In this document: positions 55,202 through 64,000 of the stretch, piece by piece
How the letters are laid out: every line of letters begins with the position of its first letter
How positions within the stretch are numbered: position 1 is the first letter of the stretch
Assembly: GCA_963837815.1 (NCBI GenBank)
Contig: CAWIOS010000015.1
Span: 258,774-322,773, forward strand
Length of the DNA stretch: 64,000 nucleotides
Direction of reading: 5' to 3'
From: Ignavibacteriota bacterium
GTDB lineage: Bacteria; Bacteroidota; Ignavibacteria; UBA10030; UBA6906
Translations under genes and position numbers: made by a program
Notes under the pieces: generated by a model
What the model was told of the DNA's origin: nothing
Seen by the model: only the letters and a program-made list of their open reading frames with translations
The model's database searches: none

Positions 55202-56971
55202 ATGGTATATTTTTTTGATAATGGAGGGTGTGGCGTGGAGACAAAACGAGTGTGGGTGGGGACGACGGCCCTCTGCTTGGCCGGCGCCATATTAGCGATC
55301 ATGCAGGGATGCGGAACGGCCGGGAAGGCTCAGGTGGCCCCCCGTCCCACACCGACAGAATCAGCCCAGATGGATTTTCGGCGCGAGGTCGCGCTGACGC
55401 ATTTCATCGCGGGCTCCGTGTATGAAGTCAAGGGGGAGTACGCCGAAGCCGCGCTGGAATACCAGGAAGCCCTCCGTGCGGACACCAATCACGCCATGTT
55501 CTACGGGCTTGCCAAATGTTACTCTGCCCTCAACAAGCCCGCGCTCGCGCTTGATGCCGCACGCGAAGCGGTCCGCATGGCGCCGGACAAGATCGAATAC
55601 CGGAAACTCCTCGCAGACATCTCCGCGTCGGCGTATGATCTCGACGGGGCAGCCCTCCAGTACGAGGCGATCATCGCCCGCGATTCATCGAACGCCGAAG
55701 CGTGGTACAACCTTGCGCGCGTCTACCAGGTACGGAAACCGGTCAAGGGGCTCGAGACGTACGAACAATTCACCGCCCGGTTCGGGCCGGAATGGGACGT
55801 CCTCCTCCAGACGGCCGATCTCTGCAACAAGCTCGGGCACCCGGACCGGGCCGCCGCCGCGCTCAGGCAGATGGTGGACCTCGATCCAGGCAACAGGGAG
55901 CTGAGGCACTCGCTCGCGCAGACGGAAATCAGGGCCGGGAATCTCGACTCTGCTCTCGCCGTCTACGCCGAGCTTCGCGGGATGGATCCCTCCAACCTTG
56001 GATACCAGGCGGAAGTTGCCGGCATATGGCTCCTCAAAAAGGACTATACACGGGCCGCCGGGTTGTTCGACCCGATCCTGAAAAAGGACACTGTCTCGGC
56101 CGACGTGAAAGTCCACATCGGCGAGCTGTACTACGGGCAGATGGAAAGAGACTCGACGCTCGGTCCCGTCACGACGAAGATCTTTGAAGCGATCCGGGAC
56201 GCCAATCCGAAAGACTGGCGCCCGTACTGGTTCCTCGGCGGGATTGCATCGAGCCGGAAGGACGACTCCCTCGCGGTGATGAATTTCCGCCGGGTGACCG
56301 AGCTGGCAAGCTGGAACGCCGACGGGTGGGTATTCCTCTCCTCCGTCTACCTGACGAAAAACGACTTTCAGCACAGCGTTGCCATCCTGGAATCTGCGGA
56401 GAAAGCCGTCCCGGAAGACTTCCGCGTCAATTTCTTCCTTGGCGTCGCCTACAGCCGCGTCGGGAAGAACCCCGACGCCGCGCGCGTCCTCGAAAAGGCG
56501 CGGCAGATCAGCCCGCGCGACACGGAGGCGATCGCACAGCTCGCGCTCGTGTACGACAGCATGAAGAGGAACGACGACAGCGACAGCCTCTACGAGGAAG
56601 CGCTCCGTATCAACCCCGACTTTTCCCTCGCGCTGAACAACTACGCCTACAGCCTCGCCGAGCGCGGGCTCCAGCTTGACCGCGCGCTCGTGATGGCGAG
56701 GAAGGCACTGGACGAAGCCCCGGACAACGCCTCGTATCTCGATACGATCGGCTGGATTTATTTCCGCCTCGGGAGGTACAAGGACGCGGAAGGGTACGTC
56801 AGGAAGGCGATAAGCAAGGGAGAGGTGAGCGCGGTCGTGCACGAGCACATGGGGGACATCTACTTCAAGCTCAACGACACCGATCGGGCTCTCGAGCACT
56901 GGAACGCCGCTCTGAAGCTCGACGAAAACAACACGACACTCCGCGACAAGATAACGCGCAGGTCGCTATGA
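55202..56971 (+). CDS. Secreted tetratricopeptide-repeat protein
   Basis: It has a signal peptide and more than 10 TPR units. Confidence 0.7.
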   Translation: MVYFFDNGGCGVETKRVWVGTTALCLAGAILAIMQGCGTAGKAQVAPRPTPTESAQMDFRREVALTHFIAGSVYEVKGEYAEAALEYQEALRADTNHAMFYGLAKCYSALNKPALALDAAREAVRMAPDKIEYRKLLADISASAYDLDGAALQYEAIIARDSSNAEAWYNLARVYQVRKPVKGLETYEQFTARFGPEWDVLLQTADLCNKLGHPDRAAAALRQMVDLDPGNRELRHSLAQTEIRAGNLDSALAVYAELRGMDPSNLGYQAEVAGIWLLKKDYTRAAGLFDPILKKDTVSADVKVHIGELYYGQMERDSTLGPVTTKIFEAIRDANPKDWRPYWFLGGIASSRKDDSLAVMNFRRVTELASWNADGWVFLSSVYLTKNDFQHSVAILESAEKAVPEDFRVNFFLGVAYSRVGKNPDAARVLEKARQISPRDTEAIAQLALVYDSMKRNDDSDSLYEEALRINPDFSLALNNYAYSLAERGLQLDRALVMARKALDEAPDNASYLDTIGWIYFRLGRYKDAEGYVRKAISKGEVSAVVHEHMGDIYFKLNDTDRALEHWNAALKLDENNTTLRDKITRRSL

Positions 56972-57744
56972 CCTGGAAGGCGCTGCGTCTTGGTCTTCTT
57001 CTGGGGATCGGGGCAGCGATGTATTCATGTTCGCCCCACACCGCCGCTCTCGTCACGGACCTCGACACCACGCCTGCCGCCGTGATCGCAGGCAGGGTGA
57101 GGCATCGGGAAGCGGATCTTGCGAGCATGGCGGGGAGGGGGAGTGTCTCATTTGAGACCCCCGACCGCGCGGGGTCTGCCTTCTTCGACCTCTCTCTCAA
57201 GAAGCCCGATTCGCTTCTGATGACGTTCGAAGGACCGTTCGGGATCGGCGGGGGGTTCCTGTTCCTGAGCCGCCTGAAATTCGTGATGTACAGCAGCTTG
57301 GACAACCGGGTGATCTCCGGGGTCCCGGGACCGGCTGCGATACGGTCGGTGATCCCCGTTGATCTGACGTTCGACCAGATCATGGACGCATTTACCGGCG
57401 GATTTGTCCTCCCCGATTCCGTCCCCCTCCGGTACACCGTGGACGACGGCAAGTTCCTTCTCGTCTACAGGGTCGGCGGCCTGACGCACTCCTACTGGAT
57501 CGATCCCGAGTACGATCTCGTCGTCAGGTACGAGGTCCACTCCGAAGCGGGCGAACTGATCCTCGAAGTGGAATCGTCGCAGATGGTCGCGCACGGCGGA
57601 CTCTGCGCCCCGCGGCATATCCGGGTCGATTTCCCCGACGAAGGGAAACGGCTCTCCATTCACTTCACATCGCTCGACCTGAACGCGGGGGATCTCTCGT
57701 TCGAGTACACCGTTCCCGCCGGCGCCCATTCATCCCCACGGTGA
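56968..57744 (+). CDS. DUF4292-family lipoprotein
   Basis: It has a lipobox (GAAMYSCS). Its position between the TPR protein and the M23 peptidase is typical of Bacteroidota-type clusters. It overlaps both neighbours by 4 nt. Confidence 0.5.
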   Translation: MTWKALRLGLLLGIGAAMYSCSPHTAALVTDLDTTPAAVIAGRVRHREADLASMAGRGSVSFETPDRAGSAFFDLSLKKPDSLLMTFEGPFGIGGGFLFLSRLKFVMYSSLDNRVISGVPGPAAIRSVIPVDLTFDQIMDAFTGGFVLPDSVPLRYTVDDGKFLLVYRVGGLTHSYWIDPEYDLVVRYEVHSEAGELILEVESSQMVAHGGLCAPRHIRVDFPDEGKRLSIHFTSLDLNAGDLSFEYTVPAGAHSSPR

Positions 57745-58945
57745 TTCGCGTGCCACTGCACCTCAGGCGCATCCTCCTTCTCCTCCTCCTCGTAGGCCTT
57801 CCCCGCCCGTCGCTCCCGCAGGATGAGATTCGCAAACGTCAGGACGAGCTGCAGGCGATACGGGATCAGATCCGCGACCTGGAAGGGAAAATCGGTGAGC
57901 AGCAGAAAAACGAACGGGAAACGCTCGACCTCCTTGACAGCTACGAGAAGAAGGGGACACTCATCCGCACATTGATCACCCGTCTGAAAAACGACGAAAC
58001 GACGCTCACGCACCGGATCGAGAACACCCGAAAGGGGATGGAGAAGCTCGAAAGCCAGCTCCAGTTTCTCAGGAAGCACTATGCCGCCTACGTGATTTCA
58101 GTGTACAAGCGGGGGAGGACGCGCGACCTGGAGCTTCTCCTCTCGGCGAATTCCGTCAACCAGGTTTACATCCGGAACCAGTATCTCAAGCGCTTCACGA
58201 ACCAGCGCCGCCGCGACGCGCAGGCGATCGCGAAAAAGCAGAAACAGGTCGAGGACACGCAGGCGCAGCTTTCCCTGCAGCTGAGCGAGGAACAGCGGCT
58301 CCTTGCGGAAAAGGGGGCGGAGGAGGAACGCCTTACCTCGCTCGCGGCGGACCGGAGGGACGCGCTCACGAAAATCAGGAAAGACCGGAAGTTCGCCCAG
58401 CGCGAGATCGAACGGCAGATGAGGGCGGCGAAGGAGCTCGAAGGGCTCATCGCCCAGCTCATCGAGGCCGACAGGATCAGGAAGGAACACGAAGCTGAAG
58501 AGGCGCGCAAGGCGCGCATCCCTGTCCCCCTCCCCGAGACGGGAACGCTCGAATCCCGGAAAGGAAATCTCCGGTGGCCGGTCAGCGAAGGGAGCATCGT
58601 CGCCCACTTCGGCAATCAGACGCACCCGACGCTGAAGACGATAACGCAGAACACCGGGATCGACATCGCGGCCCGCGTCGGCTCTCCCGTCTCCTCCGTC
58701 GCCGACGGGCAAATCTCCAAGATTCTCTGGCTCCCCTCGTACGGAAACCTCGTGATCATCTCGCATCCCGGCGGCTTCTATACCGTCTACACCCACCTTG
58801 CCGAAATCACCGGCGCCGAGGGACAGAAGGTCAAAGAGGGGGAAGTGATCGGGAACACCGGAGAAGCCCTCAACGGGCCCCGCCTTCACTTTGAGATCTG
58901 GAAGGGGAGAGAAAAACAGAATCCCGAACAGTGGCTCGGACGGCA

Positions 58946-58949
<4 letters not shown>
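57741..58949 (+). CDS. Coiled-coil M23 peptidase (EnvC-like murein hydrolase activator)
   Basis: It has a long N-terminal coiled coil and a C-terminal LytM domain with HLHFEIW. Confidence 0.8.
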
Positions 58950-61585
<2,636 letters not shown>

Positions 61586-61647
61586 CCGCCTGAAACAGGC
61601 GATTTGCCCCAGAACACTTCGTTCACGCCGCTGTGCCTGATATTCCC

Positions 61648-61684
61648 GGACCCCGCACTTCTCGGCGCGGACCCCGCATTTCTC
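61648..61684 (+). promoter_or_regulatory. Two 16-bp direct repeats GGACCCCGCA(C/T)TTCTC with 21-bp periodicity. These are candidate enhancer (UAS) sites about 80-115 bp upstream of the sigma54 promoter.
   Basis: The repeats are at 61648-61663 and 61669-61684, read directly from the sequence. Confidence 0.4.
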
Positions 61685-61761
61685 TTTTCCCCATATCCCT
61701 GAAACCTTCTTCTCCCGGCCCGTTTTCCCCATTTTCCCCGCCGTTTTCTTCTCTCGATCTG

Positions 61762-61777
61762 TGGCATGCGAATTGCG
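61762..61777 (+). promoter_or_regulatory. Sigma-54 (-24/-12) promoter TGGCAT-N5-TTGC
   Basis: The sequence tgTGGCATgcgaaTTGCgaa matches the TGGCAC-N5-TTGCW consensus. It is about 85 nt upstream of the lipoprotein gene start at 61859. Confidence 0.65.
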
Positions 61778-61858
61778 AACTCTGGTGGTGAATGTGGACG
61801 GCGACACCATCCGACGCGTTCACGAGTGCAAAACAACAGTCAGAGGGGAGACAGTCTC

Positions 61859-62827
61859 ATGAAGAGGTCCATTGCGGTGATGGGGGGGATGCTTGCCGTG
61901 TGTGCGCTGTCCATCACGGGATGCATGAAACACGACAACGGGCCGGTCAGCGGGTCATCTGCCAATGTCGACCAGATAGCTCAGATACAGACACAGGCGC
62001 TCGCCGATCCGTTCGTGCAGAGCGACATGGCGACGTTCTCCGACCAGGCCGTTCAGCCGACGGATTACGGCACGCTTGCAAAAACCGATGCGTTAATCAC
62101 CCCGTTGCGCTGGGGACGGTTCATTTCGGGGGTAACGAGCACTGTCACGACGACAATACTCCCCGGCGACACAACGGCGATGGCCACCGTCACGAAGACG
62201 ATCACCGGGGTATTCAAGGTCAAGGGGACCGAGGCAGGCGTCGACACGGTGATTACAAAGCCGTTCACGGATCAGGCGGTCCGCAACCTCCTGATGCGGA
62301 AGGTGAACCTGCTTGACACGTCGGTCTGGCGTCCCGCGGCAACATCTCTCGTTGTCGGTCAGACGACGCCTGCACCTGCGAACAACTCGATCAAGATTAC
62401 GGAAGTGCAGGTCTTCACACCGACGGACACGGTGTCTGTCACCACCCCGACGACGTTTTACCTCCGCTACGAGTGGCGACCGTTCCATGACGGTGAGCGG
62501 AAAGACTGTCCGGAATTCCATGGTGGAGACAAGGTCATCGTCCAGGCGACGGTCGTGAGCCAGTCGGCCGATACGGACATCGTCGCGCTCCGGTACGGGT
62601 TCGGCGGGCTGAACCTCTCGTTGGGCCGCCGGCAGCAGTTGGACCTTATTTCACAGACACTGAACAGCGACAGCACGTACACGCGCGTCTACCAGGGGAC
62701 GTGGTATGCTCACTTCTTCACCGGGTTCTTCAACGCCGGTGTAGATGCGGTGACGCGTGGAACGCTGTATGACGATTCGTTGCCGTATTCTGCGAGCTGG
62801 TGGGGGATTCCGTACAGGGTCTACTGA
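61859..62827 (+). CDS. Hypothetical lipoprotein
   Basis: It has a lipobox (MKRSIAVMGGMLAVCALSITGC). It is Thr/Val-rich and beta-rich, with no recognisable family. Confidence 0.55.
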   Translation: MKRSIAVMGGMLAVCALSITGCMKHDNGPVSGSSANVDQIAQIQTQALADPFVQSDMATFSDQAVQPTDYGTLAKTDALITPLRWGRFISGVTSTVTTTILPGDTTAMATVTKTITGVFKVKGTEAGVDTVITKPFTDQAVRNLLMRKVNLLDTSVWRPAATSLVVGQTTPAPANNSIKITEVQVFTPTDTVSVTTPTTFYLRYEWRPFHDGERKDCPEFHGGDKVIVQATVVSQSADTDIVALRYGFGGLNLSLGRRQQLDLISQTLNSDSTYTRVYQGTWYAHFFTGFFNAGVDAVTRGTLYDDSLPYSASWWGIPYRVY

Positions 62828-62957
62828 ACTGTGCGGATTTAGCGGGCGGGCCCCCGTACCTCTCCAGGTCGGGGGCCCGGTGTTTTTCCGCGGTTGAAAT
62901 TCAGGACGGAATTCGGCTAATTGGTCCATAATCCGTATTCCTGTCCGAAGGGATTAT

Positions 62958-63863
62958 ATGAGGAATCTCGCCATACTCGTTTGCGTTACGTTCCTCTGTC
63001 AGGCTGGCTGCCAGAAACCCGCCCCGTTAACCGTAGAACCTGAGCCGGCATCGCCGGCTGCGTCGGTTTCTGTGACATTGCTCGCCAATCCTGACACGAA
63101 CATCGCCGTCGACCCGGTTGATTCAACCGGCGTGCTTCCGACGGACCAGACGAACTATTCCGGGCTCTTCCTCGTGAACAGCGTGAAGTACGACAACGGC
63201 CACGGGGTAATCTCCGGGGCATCGGTAATCGCGTACTTCGGCGACCGCAACAGGCCTCTTGTTGTGAACGGAAAGATCGTCGGGTACTACGGCATCGACT
63301 TGATGCCGTCTGCTGTCTTCCCCCTGAAACTCGGGGGGATCCCGATGGTCCGGTACCCGTACAAAATACAGATCGGGAACCGCGACACGGCATTTGGCTT
63401 CATGTACCGTGCGCCCGCATACTTCCTGGCGACGATCCAGCCACAGACCAGGTATGATTGGGACGATCCCGGACCCGACACGACACGGCTCATGCCGTTC
63501 CAGGATTCCGTCGTGACCCCCGAGGATCTGACCGTGCTGGCGCCTCCGGGCGGGAGCATTCTCTCCCGCCTGAAGCCGGTTGAACTGCGCTGGAAAGGGG
63601 ACGGCAATATCTCGATCATCGTCAGTTCGTATAATATACTGACAGGGAAAACGAGGCCGATCCTCCAGTTCCAGCCGGCTGTTAATACGGGAGATGCGGT
63701 CATCGACGCGAGCGTGTTGCAGCTATTGCCGCGCACGAAGTACTTCGTGTTCACGTTTATAATCGCCAACAAGGGTAATCGGCAGCTGAGCGGGATGTCG
63801 CCGACTGACAGGATACTGGTACAGGCAGCATCCGTCTATAACAGCTACCTCCAGATCCAATAA
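62958..63863 (+). CDS. Hypothetical lipoprotein
   Basis: It has a lipobox (MRNLAILVCVTFLCQAGC) and no recognisable family. Confidence 0.55.
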   Translation: MRNLAILVCVTFLCQAGCQKPAPLTVEPEPASPAASVSVTLLANPDTNIAVDPVDSTGVLPTDQTNYSGLFLVNSVKYDNGHGVISGASVIAYFGDRNRPLVVNGKIVGYYGIDLMPSAVFPLKLGGIPMVRYPYKIQIGNRDTAFGFMYRAPAYFLATIQPQTRYDWDDPGPDTTRLMPFQDSVVTPEDLTVLAPPGGSILSRLKPVELRWKGDGNISIIVSSYNILTGKTRPILQFQPAVNTGDAVIDASVLQLLPRTKYFVFTFIIANKGNRQLSGMSPTDRILVQAASVYNSYLQIQ

Positions 63864-64000
63864 TGCCCTTGTCCCGTTCTGCCGTGCTCGGTTGCGTTCT
63901 GAGCATGGCAGTATCGACAGCCTGTACGCAGGCGGTCTTCTCGCCGCGTGCAACTGCGCTGGGAGCCTACGGCCCCCTTGTGCAGGATGCGCGTGGCTTC
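63863..64000 (+). CDS. Hypothetical lipoprotein (partial; it continues beyond the window end)
   Basis: It is not in the ORF track because it has no stop in the window. The ATG at 63863 overlaps the TAA of the previous gene. It reads MPLSRSAVLGCVLSMAVSTACTQAVFSPRATALGAYGPLVQDARGF..., with the lipobox-like segment LGCVLSMAVSTAC. Confidence 0.45.
   Translation, partial: MPLSRSAVLGCVLSMAVSTACTQAVFSPRATALGAYGPLVQDARGF

Overview
The window is a gene-dense, about 65-66% GC chromosomal segment with roughly 60 protein-coding genes. The gene content looks FCB-group-like (Bacteroidota/Rhodothermota/Ignavibacteriota style); this is inference. Examples are the TPR-DUF4292-M23 cluster, DUF2304 after a GT2, a prolyl oligopeptidase and an M1 peptidase. 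I found no rRNA, tRNA, CRISPR array, transposase or integrase. About half the ORFs in the supplied track are long antisense ORFs typical of high-GC DNA, so I chose strands by recognisable protein families.

Housekeeping content includes dapB-dapA-dapD, hisA, purE, serS, fbp, murB, priA, LPS-core genes (waaA plus a GT9 heptosyltransferase), two ABC exporter half-transporters, several peptidases, and a two-component system divergent from an ABC-2 transporter.

The most interesting part is a co-directional, translationally coupled cassette at about 16.1-21.8 kb. It runs: operator palindromes overlapping a sigma70-like promoter, a Cys-rich Zn-ribbon ORF, a Y-family polymerase DinB, a degenerate DUF72 protein, a RecA-fold protein with a degenerate P-loop (ImuA/SulA-like), a small helical ORF, and a B-family DNA polymerase. 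That PolB has an ablated Exo I motif and a divergent motif C. This looks like a mutasome-type (imuA-imuB-dnaE2-like) translesion cassette built around an exonuclease-dead PolB, reminiscent of Rev1/Pol zeta.

A second oddity is a UvrD/PcrA-family helicase split seamlessly into two same-frame ORFs by an inserted, frame-shifted but intact homocysteine S-methyltransferase gene. Both junctions overlap.

Other notable items are a membrane CHASE2-sigma54 enhancer-binding protein directly upstream of a near-consensus sigma54 promoter with tandem upstream repeats and three lipoprotein genes, a frameshifted class D (OXA-type) beta-lactamase, a ChlI/CobS-like AAA+ and vWA pair, and a 39-bp tandem hairpin repeat next to a bidirectional terminator.

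Two genes truncated by the window edges are absent from the ORF track: an ABC-2 permease at 1..1270 on the minus strand, and a lipoprotein ORF starting at 63863 on the plus strand.
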